A DNA stretch of 62,984 bases, the filler included. It is 5 parts of 5 records of this genome, joined end to end, with 100 filler letters (N's around TTAATTAATTAA, not from the genome) between each part and the next. Parts side by side here need not be neighbours in the genome. Positions count along the whole stretch, not along the records: positions 22,164 to 37,612 come from SRR31156797_9762; 4 more parts are not named here. One strand, 5' to 3'. The notes below the pieces were generated by a model that ran no database searches, was not told where the DNA came from, and worked only from the letters and a program-made list of their open reading frames with translations. Positions within the stretch are counted from its first letter, which is position 1. Every line of letters starts with the position of its first letter. Of this stretch, positions 24,202 through 34,946 are shown one piece after another. Made by a program: the position numbers and the translations under genes.

Positions 24202-24427
24202 TTTGTTTTATTTTTAGAATTAATTACTCAAATGTAAAAAGCAATGATTCTTCACACAAGCTGGTTACTCACGCACCTATTCGGTTAGAATTACTGAATT
24301 ACAACTGTTTATAAAGCTAATTTTTTCAAAAAAAAGTAAATGCCTGAAAATGCTATAATAACCTCTCAACGGTCTTACTCTCTTTTAGAGATAATTTATA
24401 TTTTTGTATTAATTTAAACTTAATGAC

Positions 24428-24763
24428 ATGAGAGAATTAGATCTTCAATACCCAACCTGCCCTATTCGGAATATTTTAAGCCGGATGAGTGATAAATGGT
24501 CGTTTTTAATTTTAAGTAACCTGAACCAAAACGAAGTTATGCGCTACAAAGACCTGCGCAATGCCATTCCCGACATTTCACAAAAAATGCTTTCTAGTAC
24601 TTTAAAACGATTAAAAGAAGATCGCCTGATTACCCGAAAAATGTACAACGAAATTCCACCCCGTGTGGAATATAGGCTGACAAAAACCGGTAAAGAACTA
24701 ATGCCTGCCATGGGTATGATGATTGACTGGGCACTTGAGCATTTTGATGTAATAACCAAGTAA
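24428..24763 (+). CDS. HxlR family winged-helix regulator
   Basis: CPI...DKW, ISQKML, PPRVEYRLT; divergent from the peroxiredoxin-like gene. Confidence 0.93.
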   Translation: MRELDLQYPTCPIRNILSRMSDKWSFLILSNLNQNEVMRYKDLRNAIPDISQKMLSSTLKRLKEDRLITRKMYNEIPPRVEYRLTKTGKELMPAMGMMIDWALEHFDVITK

Positions 24764-25005
24764 AAAACTTGCTTAACTTCAATATCCGGAGAACATTTAG
24801 AATTCTTCAATTCATTCGTTGCAGCAATTCTTTAAGAAAAACTTAAATCATATTTCTTAGTTTGTAAACAATTAGGACTGTTTCATTTAAGGTTAATTAT
24901 AAACCTGATCACTAAACATCTCATTTTACCCTTTATTTATCGCAGCAATTTGACATTTTGTAGCGTTACTGTTATGTTCGATACAAAATCAAAATTTAAA
25001 AAACC

Positions 25006-26256
25006 ATGAAGAAACGAATCAATTTGTCCTTGCTTTTTTTATTATCAATTTCCATTGCATTTCAGATAAATGCACAGGAAATTTATGAATTTCGTCCTGA
25101 AAACCGTACAGGTGTTTCGGCAGAAACCGGATTATTAAAATCGTGGCCGGAAAATGGTCCTGAACTATTATGGGAAAACCTGGAATTAACAAAAGGAAAC
25201 TCTTCTGTTTCATTTGGCAATAACAAAATTTATATCACCGGCACCGATGGAAGTGATGATATTCTTTATGCCCTCGACATGAATGGAAAAACAGTATGGC
25301 AAAAAGTTATGGGTCGTGCCTGGAACCAGTCCTATCCGGAAAGCCGGGCAACACCAACCGTTGAGGGCGATCGTGTTTATACCTGTAGTGGTTTTGGCGA
25401 TCTGGCATGCTTCGATGGAAATTCAGGCGATATTATCTGGTCGTATAAAGGAAGCGAAGAAAATAAGGGAACTTATGGGAACTGGGGAATCGCAGAATCA
25501 CTGTTAATTGATGGCGATAAAATATATTTCTCACCAGGTGGTCCAGAAACAGCAACGCTGGCCTTAAATAAAAACACAGGAGAAATTATCTGGAAATCGA
25601 AAAGCCTTGGAGATAAACCAAGTTATGGTTCACCTGTTTTAGTTGAATATGCAGGCAAAGAAATGCTGATTAGTATTTCATTAGGCCATGTTTATGGAGT
25701 AGATGTTTCAAACGGCGAAATTCTCTGGCAGGTTGCACACCCTTTCCAAAGCCGTTGGGGTGATCTTATCCTTTGTAATACACCCCTTTATAAAGACGGG
25801 AAAGTATATGTAACCGGTGGATATAACAGTGGCAGCTACCAGGCAAAAATTGCTGACGACGGGAAAAGTGCAGAAATTGTATGGAAAGAGGATGTTTTAG
25901 ATGTTCACCACGGTGGCGTAGTTTTAGTTGATGGTTATCTTTACGGCTCAAACTGGCTGAACAATGGCGATGGCGACTGGTGCTGCCTGAATTGGGAAAC
26001 CGGTGAAAAAATGTGGGAAGAACATTGGAACTGTAAAGGTTCAATAATTGCCGCCGAGGGCAAATTGTATATTTACGATGAAAAAAGAGGAAATGTAGGC
26101 CTGTTGAATGCCACTCCTGAAAAATTCGATTTAATTAGTTCATTTACAATTGAACAGGGCGACAACGGTCCGTTCTGGGCTCACCCGGTAATCAAGGATG
26201 GTAAGCTGTATATTCGCCATACCAATGCTTTGATGGCATACAATATTAAAAACTAA
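25006..26256 (+). CDS. PQQ-binding-like beta-propeller protein
   Basis: Signal peptide; WPENGPELLW, repeated G.I.W blade motifs, WAHPVI.DGKLYIR. Confidence 0.85.
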   Translation: MKKRINLSLLFLLSISIAFQINAQEIYEFRPENRTGVSAETGLLKSWPENGPELLWENLELTKGNSSVSFGNNKIYITGTDGSDDILYALDMNGKTVWQKVMGRAWNQSYPESRATPTVEGDRVYTCSGFGDLACFDGNSGDIIWSYKGSEENKGTYGNWGIAESLLIDGDKIYFSPGGPETATLALNKNTGEIIWKSKSLGDKPSYGSPVLVEYAGKEMLISISLGHVYGVDVSNGEILWQVAHPFQSRWGDLILCNTPLYKDGKVYVTGGYNSGSYQAKIADDGKSAEIVWKEDVLDVHHGGVVLVDGYLYGSNWLNNGDGDWCCLNWETGEKMWEEHWNCKGSIIAAEGKLYIYDEKRGNVGLLNATPEKFDLISSFTIEQGDNGPFWAHPVIKDGKLYIRHTNALMAYNIKN

Positions 26257-26313
26257 TCAATATACTATATAAGATAGTGTAAATTAAAAATTACCGGAAT
26301 GGCTGAAAAATTC

Positions 26314-27183
26314 TCATCGGCTGTTCCGGTATTCTTTTGGCGACATCCCGGCATATCTCTTAAAATATCTTCCAAAATACGACTGAGTTGGAAAATTCAA
26401 TTTGTCGCTAATTTGCTGAATTGTCAGATTTGTGGAATTAAGCAAGGCTTTTGCTTCCAAAATTACATAGTTATTTATCCAATCGTTTCCCGATTTGCCA
26501 CTGGTTTCTTTAATTACTTTCGACAAATATTTAGGAGTAAGAAGTAACCTTTTGGCATAAAATTCCATTGCGCGTTCTTCTCGGAAATGAACTCCCACAA
26601 TATCCAGAAATTTTTTTACCAGTATATCATTTTTCGTTTTTATTACATCGGGCTTTCTATGAAATTGGTAACTGGTTTTATAATATAATGCCAGATTCAA
26701 ATGTTTTACAATTTCTATCCGATTGGGATTATCGACCATTTTGATAGTACTCTTAATCATATTACAATAATTAATAAGTGTGTGAAGATCATCCTCATTC
26801 AGATAAAACAAAGGATTGTCTTTTACTGAAAGAAATAAACCTGCCGATTCCTGTTGATTCATAAATAGATTCTCGAGAAACCGATCAGACATTACAAAAA
26901 AGTAACCTTTAAAATCATCACTAAAATATTCGTATTGCAAAACCTGACCCGCCATTATAACGAATGTAAATGGTCCTTTTTCATGAAATTGCTTCAGATT
27001 TACTTTCCACTTAAAAGTTCCCTGTATACAATTAATTGCCACGGTAGCATCCAATTTTATAGGATAATCGAAAGTCGATAACAAAATTGGTTCTTCAAAT
27101 AAAATAAAATCTTCATCAATCGATTCACCATTGTATTTTTCAATTTCCTCGCGCCAGCTAAAAGATGAAACCTTTTCTTCCAT
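26314..27183 (-). CDS. AraC family transcriptional regulator
   Basis: FYAKRLLLTPKYLS, IQQISDKLNFPTQSYFGRYFKR.GMSPKEYR. Confidence 0.95.
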   Translation of the reverse strand: MEEKVSSFSWREEIEKYNGESIDEDFILFEEPILLSTFDYPIKLDATVAINCIQGTFKWKVNLKQFHEKGPFTFVIMAGQVLQYEYFSDDFKGYFFVMSDRFLENLFMNQQESAGLFLSVKDNPLFYLNEDDLHTLINYCNMIKSTIKMVDNPNRIEIVKHLNLALYYKTSYQFHRKPDVIKTKNDILVKKFLDIVGVHFREERAMEFYAKRLLLTPKYLSKVIKETSGKSGNDWINNYVILEAKALLNSTNLTIQQISDKLNFPTQSYFGRYFKRYAGMSPKEYRNSR

Positions 27184-27336
27184 AAGTCTACTTTGAACAT
27201 AAAAATACAGTTATATTTTTAAATTCATCCAAAAATCCGACCTTTTGAACAACCCTGAGTACATTTTGGGCTTTTAATCAATAAATGTCAATGCTACATT
27301 TGTAGAGCGACTAAATGAAAATAAAAGAAACATAAT

Positions 27337-29883
27337 ATGAATAAATTTAAATCTTCTGATAAAACAAATTTTGGGTTTGCATTTTTAGTGATAACAATAA
27401 TGCTTTTTCCCTTTCTTTTTGGATGCTCTGAAAATAACGCTGAAGACTTTTCAAACCGCGACCAACTGTTTAATGAAGGTTGGAAATTTATTCGCGATTC
27501 CATTTCAGGAGCCGAACTTTCAGATTTTGACGATTCCAGCTGGCTGGATGTTGATTTACCCCACGATTATAGTCTTATGAACCTTCCTGGCGAAAATTCG
27601 TCCGATCAAATTGGTCCTTTTTCAAAAGAATCTCCGGGTAACGGAAATGCAACCGGGCAATTTATAGGTGGAACCGGCTGGTACCGTAAAAATTTCATTT
27701 TAAAAAAATCAGATGAAGGTAAAACAGCAATCTTAAAATTTGACGGCGTTTACATGGAATCTGAAGTATGGGTAAACGGGCAAAAAGCTGCTGTTAATAA
27801 AAACGGATATACTCCTTTCTGGTTCAATATTACACCATATTTGAACAGTGCAGGCGAATCAAATATTATAGCTGTTAAGGTTGATAATTTTGGAAGAAAT
27901 TCACGCTGGTACAGCGGTTCGGGAATTTACCGGAATGTTCACCTGGTTATAACAAATCCGGTTCATGTTGCCGTTTGGGGAACAAAAATAACAACTCCTG
28001 AGGTCAACAAAAACCATGCAACCGTAAATGCAGAAATTACAGTAAAAAATGAAAATAAAGAAGTAGTCGATGCTGAAATAGTCTTCAACATAAAAGATGC
28101 AGAAGGAAATATAGCAGGTTCTTATATTGATAGTTTTGTACTTAACGCCGGTTCTGAAAAAACTAATATTAATGAAATTAGTGTAGAAAATCCCGCTTTA
28201 TGGTCTATAGAATCACCCAACCTATATACGGCTGAAATTACTGTTAAAGTTGATGATAAAGTTACAGACGTTTACAATCAATCTTTTGGAATCCGCTCCA
28301 TTGAATTTTCGGCAGAAAAAGGATATCTTTTAAATGGAGAACCGGTTTTACTAAAAGGGGCATGTATTCACCACGATAATGGACTACTGGGTGCAGCAGC
28401 ATTTAAAAGGGCAGAAGAAAGAAAAGTGGAAATTCTAAAAGCCAATGGTTATAACGCCATTCGGGCATCTCATAATCCTTTTTCCGAAGAATTTTACCTG
28501 GCCTGCGACCGGCTGGGAATGTTAGTTATCGATGAATTTATTGACATGTGGGAAAACTATAAAAATCCTCAGGATTATTCAATCTTCTTTAAAGACTGGT
28601 GGGAAAAAGATCTAACAAATTGGATGATGCGCGACCGCAATCATCCCTGTATTATTATGTGGAGTATTGGTAATGAAATTTATGAACCGGTTGATTCTAC
28701 GCGATTAAGAATTGGGAAACAACTGGCAAATCGTGTTAGAGAATTGGATAATACACGTGCAGTTACAATGGGAGTAACAGGTTTTTTCTATCCAAAAGGC
28801 TGGGAAACAACTACTCCAATGTTTGACCTGCTTGATGTTTGTGGTTATAATTATATGTCGAATGAAATAATATCCGATCATCAGAAATTTCCTGAACGCG
28901 TAATGTATACTTCAGAATCGTATGCAACTACAGCTTATGATTACTGGAAAACGGTAGAAAAATATCCACATGTTATCGGTGATTTTATATGGACAGCCTG
29001 GGATTATCTGGGCGAAGTTTCAATTGGAAGACCCAATTATGTTCCTGAAAGTCAGGGCTCAGGTTTTTCTGGTAATTTTTCCGGATTCACTTTACCAGAA
29101 GGAGTAAATATATTTGATCTTCAGGTAAGACAACCATCTAGCTGGCCATATTACCTGGCAAGTTGCGGCGATATTGATATCACCGGCGAAAAAACTCCTC
29201 AAATGCTTTACCGCGATGTAATCTGGGAAAACAGCAATCTCGAAATAAATGTACATGAGCCAATTCCTGAAGGAATGATAGAAACAGCCGGAGCATGGTC
29301 GTGGCCAATGGAATGGCCACATTGGAACTGGCAGAAAAATGAAGGGAAACCACTACAGGTAAGAGTTTTCACAAAGGCTTCAAAAGTTAAACTGGAATTA
29401 AACGGCAAATTGATAGGTGAAAAAAATTTGAAAGAGGCAGATAAATACATTGCAACTTTCGAAGTGCCATACCAACCCGGTGAGCTGAAAGCCACTTGTT
29501 TTGATAACGAAATAGAGATTGAAAGCAAAATACTAAAAACGACCGGTGAACCAGCTGCAATAAAAATAATCGCAGAACAAAATGAAATAAAAGCCGACCG
29601 AAACCAGGTGGTTTATTTAAAAATTGAAGTTGTTGATGAAAATGGAGAAGTTGTGCCGGATGCAACAAATTCAATTCGTATAAATATTGAAGGCGAAGGT
29701 GAAATTATTGCATCAGGAAATGCCAGCCCGAATGACATGAAAAGTTTTAATCAAACTACTCTAAATGTATTCAACGGGAAAGGTCAGATAATCGTTCGGC
29801 TCATAAAACCGGGTGCTTTTAATATTACAGCAAATTCTGAAGATTTAATTTCCGGAGAAACAAGTGTTAAAGTAGGCGGGTAG
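27337..29883 (+). CDS. Glycoside hydrolase family 2 (beta-galactosidase-like), probable lipoprotein
   Basis: GWYRK, FDGVY, SRWYSGSGIYR, RDRNHPCIIMWSIGNE; TACATTTG -7 box at 27295-27302. Confidence 0.95.
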   Translation: MNKFKSSDKTNFGFAFLVITIMLFPFLFGCSENNAEDFSNRDQLFNEGWKFIRDSISGAELSDFDDSSWLDVDLPHDYSLMNLPGENSSDQIGPFSKESPGNGNATGQFIGGTGWYRKNFILKKSDEGKTAILKFDGVYMESEVWVNGQKAAVNKNGYTPFWFNITPYLNSAGESNIIAVKVDNFGRNSRWYSGSGIYRNVHLVITNPVHVAVWGTKITTPEVNKNHATVNAEITVKNENKEVVDAEIVFNIKDAEGNIAGSYIDSFVLNAGSEKTNINEISVENPALWSIESPNLYTAEITVKVDDKVTDVYNQSFGIRSIEFSAEKGYLLNGEPVLLKGACIHHDNGLLGAAAFKRAEERKVEILKANGYNAIRASHNPFSEEFYLACDRLGMLVIDEFIDMWENYKNPQDYSIFFKDWWEKDLTNWMMRDRNHPCIIMWSIGNEIYEPVDSTRLRIGKQLANRVRELDNTRAVTMGVTGFFYPKGWETTTPMFDLLDVCGYNYMSNEIISDHQKFPERVMYTSESYATTAYDYWKTVEKYPHVIGDFIWTAWDYLGEVSIGRPNYVPESQGSGFSGNFSGFTLPEGVNIFDLQVRQPSSWPYYLASCGDIDITGEKTPQMLYRDVIWENSNLEINVHEPIPEGMIETAGAWSWPMEWPHWNWQKNEGKPLQVRVFTKASKVKLELNGKLIGEKNLKEADKYIATFEVPYQPGELKATCFDNEIEIESKILKTTGEPAAIKIIAEQNEIKADRNQVVYLKIEVVDENGEVVPDATNSIRINIEGEGEIIASGNASPNDMKSFNQTTLNVFNGKGQIIVRLIKPGAFNITANSEDLISGETSVKVGG

Positions 29884-29975
29884 AACATAAAAATTCTTTA
29901 AGAAACGTTTCATTATACGAATAAAATAGAATTAGAAATTTGAATTACAATTAACAATTTTAAAATTTTATAATC

Positions 29976-30353
29976 ATGAAAACTACAAAATTATTTTTAA
30001 CAGGAATGTTCATTTTACTGATTTCGACAGCATTACAAGCACAAAACAGAACCGGCATTGAATATTTCAAAGGAAAATGGGAAGTTACAATAACCAGCGC
30101 TTATGGTGACCAAAAAATGGTGGTTGTTATTGTACCGGACGGGGACAAAGTGGTTGGTGCAATAAACAATGAAAAAGGAGAAGAACTTTATAAAGTCAAC
30201 AGTACTGTGATTACTGAGAAAAAAGCAACATTAAATTTTGATGGCTCGCAGGGAGCAGTTAATTTGGATTTAATTATTAAAGATGATAACCTTATTACTG
30301 CCAGTGTTATGGGTGGCATGGCTTCCGGAACAGGAGAACGAATAAAAGAATAA
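29976..30353 (+). CDS. Small secreted hypothetical protein
   Basis: Signal peptide ending ALQA-Q, FKGKW motif, predicted beta-rich. Confidence 0.75.
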   Translation: MKTTKLFLTGMFILLISTALQAQNRTGIEYFKGKWEVTITSAYGDQKMVVVIVPDGDKVVGAINNEKGEELYKVNSTVITEKKATLNFDGSQGAVNLDLIIKDDNLITASVMGGMASGTGERIKE

Positions 30354-30508
30354 CCCATAAAAAATGAATAAGTGAAATACCGGGGATTTACGAATAGATT
30401 TCTGGTATTTCTTTTTAATATATTTTGTAAGCCAGTATCAGTTTTTTATCCCTGACCTTATAGTTTTATTATCTTTCAGCATTCGAAATAAACTAAAACA
30501 AATTTAAA

Positions 30509-31537
30509 ATGAAACAAGTTTTCTTATTCATTCTACTTGTAATTTTTGCGGTATCGGCCAATTCGCAAATTCAAAAAGGAACCGTAATAACCGATTCGCT
30601 TTATTCTGAAAATCTGGAAAATGATTTTGGTGAAAATCCAACCCGTGCCGTTTCGGTGTACTTACCACCGGAGTACAATGAAGAAACCAAACATTATCCG
30701 GTTATTTATTTTCTGCATGGATTTATGAACGACAACCAGCTATTAAATCAAATGAGTACTGTATTGGATTTTGCCATTTCAACAAAAAGGATCAAACCAT
30801 TTATAATGGTGGTACCCGATCAAAAAACAACATACCAGGGAAGTTTTTACAGCAATACAGGCATATTTGGCAACTGGGAAGATTTTACCGCTTTCGACCT
30901 GGTAGATTATATGGATAAAAGCTACCGCACTATTCCTGAAAAAGAAAGCAGGGGAATTACCGGCCATAGTATGGGAGGTTACGGGGCACTAAAAATTGCG
31001 ATGCATCATCCCGAAATTTTTAGCTCGGTTTATGCAATTAGTCCCGGAGCTTTAACAATAGTTGCTGAATACGGACCAAACAGCAACACATTTAGAGAAT
31101 TGTCATCAATTAGCACGTTAGAGGATCTGAGAAAATCGTACTTTGGAAATGTAATGATGGCCTTTGGAAGGTCATGGTCACCTAATCCCGACAAGCCACC
31201 ATTTTACTGCGATTTCCCATTTGTATACAACGGAAATGAACTAACGGTTAACCAGGAAGTGTTGCAAAAATGGCACGAAAATATGCCCGTTCATATGATT
31301 GATGAAAACCTTGAAAATCTAAAGCAGTTAAAAGCTATTAAACTAGACTGGGGAAGAAATGCCGGCGACAGATTTACCCTGCAGTGCGATATGTTTAGTC
31401 AGCGACTGGAAAATGTTGGAATAACTCATTTCGCAGAAGAATATATTGGTACACACGGCAGTGGAATATACACAAACGATGGCCGGCTCCCGCAACAGGT
31501 GCTTCCTTTTTTCGAATTTTACCTTGAATTTGATTAA
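30509..31537 (+). CDS. Secreted alpha/beta-hydrolase esterase (CE1-like)
   Basis: VYLPP, YPVIYFLHG, GHSMGG nucleophile elbow. Confidence 0.9.
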   Translation: MKQVFLFILLVIFAVSANSQIQKGTVITDSLYSENLENDFGENPTRAVSVYLPPEYNEETKHYPVIYFLHGFMNDNQLLNQMSTVLDFAISTKRIKPFIMVVPDQKTTYQGSFYSNTGIFGNWEDFTAFDLVDYMDKSYRTIPEKESRGITGHSMGGYGALKIAMHHPEIFSSVYAISPGALTIVAEYGPNSNTFRELSSISTLEDLRKSYFGNVMMAFGRSWSPNPDKPPFYCDFPFVYNGNELTVNQEVLQKWHENMPVHMIDENLENLKQLKAIKLDWGRNAGDRFTLQCDMFSQRLENVGITHFAEEYIGTHGSGIYTNDGRLPQQVLPFFEFYLEFD

Positions 31538-31550
31538 AAGCAAAAAATAA

Positions 31551-31583
31551 AAAATGGCTTTCAAAAATTCAGAAAGCCATTTT
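31551..31583. terminator. Bidirectional terminator
   Basis: AAAATGGCTTTC...GAAAGCCATTTT between convergent genes. Confidence 0.75.
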
Positions 31584-31608
31584 ACTTCAGTATTATTAAT
31601 AATTCAAA

Positions 31609-32382
31609 TCAGAAACCATATTTGGTTTGTTCTTCCAAAAAGCGTTTGTAGTTTATCGTATTGAAACGAAAAATATGCGCCATTTGGCCCTTTGTCTCTT
31701 TCCGTTCATCAATTTGTTCAATAATTCCCAATTTTAACATCTTTCTTCTAAAAGTCCCGCGGTCAATATTTTTGTTCAAAATGGCTTCAAACAATCCTCT
31801 TAATTCCTTTAAGGTGAAAGTTTCAGGTAATAAACTGGAAATTACCGGACGATTTAAAATTTCAGTAGATAATAGTTTTCTTGTTTCAACCACTATATTT
31901 TTATGATCCATAAACATTTTATCCAATTCATCTACATTAACCCATTCAAACTCATTTAATAAACCTCCCGGAAAAACCGTTGTCGATTCGAGCTCTACTA
32001 AACCATAATATACAATGGTTACAAACCGCTGGTTAACCCAATTAAATATTTCTTCATTTATCAATTCACTTTTAAAATCAGAAATGGATAATTCCGGAGA
32101 CCTGTTCTCATCACCAACAGCCTGAATCTGCTTTAAAAATACTTTTTCTATTCCCGATAATTTCAGGTTCCGGTATGCTGCATTTTCAATACTCTCTGTT
32201 TTTTTAACAAAACCTCCCGGTATCATCCAGTATTTATTTCCCGGGAAACGATTTACCAACACTTTCAAATTTGGATGACAGTACCCCAAAACCACACAGT
32301 TTATTGAAATTTGAGGAAGGAATAATTCTGTACCCTCTGCAAAATACTCTGTTACAATTGATTTTATTGAGTTGTTATTCAT
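31609..32382 (-). CDS. NrtR/AraR-type Nudix-wHTH transcriptional regulator
   Basis: SINCVV, W.IPGGFV, degenerate Nudix box, LLPETFTLKELRGLFEAIL...DRGTFRRK. Confidence 0.88.
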   Translation of the reverse strand: MNNNSIKSIVTEYFAEGTELFLPQISINCVVLGYCHPNLKVLVNRFPGNKYWMIPGGFVKKTESIENAAYRNLKLSGIEKVFLKQIQAVGDENRSPELSISDFKSELINEEIFNWVNQRFVTIVYYGLVELESTTVFPGGLLNEFEWVNVDELDKMFMDHKNIVVETRKLLSTEILNRPVISSLLPETFTLKELRGLFEAILNKNIDRGTFRRKMLKLGIIEQIDERKETKGQMAHIFRFNTINYKRFLEEQTKYGF

Positions 32383-32398
32383 CGCATTATTGTTTTTA

Positions 32399-32456
32399 CA
32401 AAACTACAAAAAATGTGAGGCATTTTACCTCAGTTGTGTTTTTTTTTCTACTTTTG
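32399..32456. promoter_or_regulatory. Divergent Bacteroidota promoters with a central palindrome
   Basis: TAGTTTTG (minus, 32399-32406), TACTTTTG (plus, 32449-32456), TGAGG-N7-CCTCA at 32416-32432. Confidence 0.6.
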
Positions 32457-32492
32457 ACAAATACTTAAAACAATAATTTTAAAACTACAGGC

Positions 32493-34910
32493 ATGAAAAA
32501 ATTCTTCAAAACTTTATTAAAGGTAGTACTGACAATACTTGGAGTTGTATTAGTGTTGGCGATTATTGGAGGATTGTACCTCAATTCAAATATTATAAAT
32601 GTCAAGGAAAAAGATAAATTCAAAAATGTCGAAATTACTGAATTAACAACCGAGGGATATACTTTCAGAGATTTAAACCGAAACGGAGAGTTGGATATTT
32701 ATGAAGATTCCAGGAAATCGATTGATGAACGGGCAGCTAATTTATTGTCGCAAATGACAATGGACGAAAAGATTCAACTGCTTAAAGGTTCAGGAATGCG
32801 TTCGGGTATGGGGTTAGGCCCTTCCGATGAGGGAGTACGGGGAGCTGTTGGAACAATTGTTCCTATTCCGCGCCTTGGAATACCAGAACTTTATTTGTCG
32901 GACGGACCTGCAGGTTTACGGATTCATCCTACGCGTAAAAATGATGACAATACCTATTATTGTACTGCATTTCCTATCGGAACAATGCTTGCTTCAACCT
33001 GGAATACAGCATTGGTTGAACAGGTCGGACAGGCGATGGGTAATGAGGTTCTGGAATATGGAATTGATGTAATTTTAGGCCCGGGAGCGAATATTCAAAG
33101 AAATCCGTTATGTGGCCGGAATTTTGAATATTTCTCTGAAGATCCGGTTGTAACCGGAGACATTGGAGCAGCCATGGTAAACGGAATAGAATCAAACGGC
33201 GTAGGAACTTCGGTAAAACATTTTGTTGCCAACAGCCAGGAAAATAACCGCAACAACAATAATGTAATCATTTCAGACCGTGCTTATCGCGAAATTTATC
33301 TGAAAGGTTTTGAAATCATCGTAAAAAAATCGCAACCCTGGACCATCATGTCGTCTTACAATTTGGTGAATGGAACTTATACTTCGGAAAGCCGTGAATT
33401 ACTAACTGATATTTTACGAAACGACTGGGGATTTGAAGGAATTGTAATGACCGACTGGTTTGGCGGGAAAAATCCGCCGGCACAAATCCATGCCGGAAAC
33501 GATTTGCTGGAACCAGGTACAGGTATGCAATACAAAGCATTACAAAAAGCAGCAAAAAATGGCGAATTATCAGAAGAGGATATCAATACTTCGGTAAAAC
33601 GAATTCTCAAACTTATCCTTAATTCGCGCAAAATGGAGCAGTACAACTACAGCAATAATCCAGATTTAAAAGCACATGCCCAAGTAGCCCGGCAATCGGG
33701 AGCCGAAGGAATGGTACTTCTAAAAAACAACAATACACTCCCTTTTAATGAAGCAAAAAATATTGCTCTGTTTGGTACAACTTCATTCGATTTTATTGCC
33801 GGTGGTACCGGTTCGGGTGATGTAAATGAGGCATATACAATTTCACTTGAAGATGGATTGAAAAATGCAGGATTTGAAATAAACCAAACGGCAAAAGAAG
33901 CATTTGAAATACATAAAGCAGCCAATAAAAAAGCCTTTGAAAAACCCGAAGGAATGCTAAATGCTATGTTAACAAAATATTCACCACCAGAAATGATTCC
34001 AACAGACGAACAATTGACGAAAATTCAAAACAGTTCTGATGTTGCCATAATTACAATCGGCAGAAATAGTGGTGAAGGAGTTGACCGGGTAGAAAAAGAC
34101 GATTTCCTTTTAACTGAAGTTGAACAGGAAATGATACAAAAAGTTTGTGAAGCGTTTCATACTGCCGGGAAAAAAGCGGTGGTTGTTCTAAATGTAGGAG
34201 GAGTTGTTGAAACTTCATCGTGGAAAGAAAAGCCCGACGCTATTTTACTGGCATGGCAGGGCGGACAGGAAGGTGGTAATTCAGTTGCCGATATTTTAAG
34301 GGGTAATGTAACCCCAAGCGGCAAACTGCCAATGACATTCCCGGTTGCTCTGGCTGATCATGCATCGAGTGCCAATTTTCCAATGACCGGCGAACCTATG
34401 AATCTCACTTCAATGCTTTTTGGAAGTAAAGAAAAACCAGCCGATGAATTAATCAAAGATATTGACTATACAAACTACGAAGAAGGAATTTATGTAGGAT
34501 ACCGACATTTCGATAAAAACAATGTAGCAGTCTCCTACCCCTTCGGTTTTGGATTGTCGTACACCAAATTTGATTTTGAAAATATGAACGTTAAAATTGT
34601 TGACGAAACAATCGAAATTAAACTTACAGTAAAAAATACCGGCGAAGTTACAGGAAAAGAAGTGGCTCAAATTTATATTTCAAAATCCGAATCTTCAATC
34701 GACCGCCCGGTGCAGGAATTAAAAGGATTTGCTAAAACAACTGAATTAAATCCGGGAGAATCTGAAGAACTAACTTTATTAATTCCGGCAGCCGACCTTT
34801 CTTACTGGGATGAAGTACGCTCAGAGTGGATTTTGGAAAAAGGAGATTATCTTATTCAGGCAGGTTGTTCTTCAAGAAATATTAAAACTACAAACAAAAT
34901 AAATCTTTAA
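32493..34910 (+). CDS. Glycoside hydrolase family 3 (beta-glucosidase-like) with N-terminal membrane anchor
   Basis: SDGPAG, GRNFEYFSEDP, KHF, MTDW nucleophile, YPFGFGLSYT, Fn3-like C-terminus. Confidence 0.96.
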   Translation: MKKFFKTLLKVVLTILGVVLVLAIIGGLYLNSNIINVKEKDKFKNVEITELTTEGYTFRDLNRNGELDIYEDSRKSIDERAANLLSQMTMDEKIQLLKGSGMRSGMGLGPSDEGVRGAVGTIVPIPRLGIPELYLSDGPAGLRIHPTRKNDDNTYYCTAFPIGTMLASTWNTALVEQVGQAMGNEVLEYGIDVILGPGANIQRNPLCGRNFEYFSEDPVVTGDIGAAMVNGIESNGVGTSVKHFVANSQENNRNNNNVIISDRAYREIYLKGFEIIVKKSQPWTIMSSYNLVNGTYTSESRELLTDILRNDWGFEGIVMTDWFGGKNPPAQIHAGNDLLEPGTGMQYKALQKAAKNGELSEEDINTSVKRILKLILNSRKMEQYNYSNNPDLKAHAQVARQSGAEGMVLLKNNNTLPFNEAKNIALFGTTSFDFIAGGTGSGDVNEAYTISLEDGLKNAGFEINQTAKEAFEIHKAANKKAFEKPEGMLNAMLTKYSPPEMIPTDEQLTKIQNSSDVAIITIGRNSGEGVDRVEKDDFLLTEVEQEMIQKVCEAFHTAGKKAVVVLNVGGVVETSSWKEKPDAILLAWQGGQEGGNSVADILRGNVTPSGKLPMTFPVALADHASSANFPMTGEPMNLTSMLFGSKEKPADELIKDIDYTNYEEGIYVGYRHFDKNNVAVSYPFGFGLSYTKFDFENMNVKIVDETIEIKLTVKNTGEVTGKEVAQIYISKSESSIDRPVQELKGFAKTTELNPGESEELTLLIPAADLSYWDEVRSEWILEKGDYLIQAGCSSRNIKTTNKINL

Positions 34911-34946
34911 AATAGAAGTATAAATAATTATTTAAATCAAAAAAAC

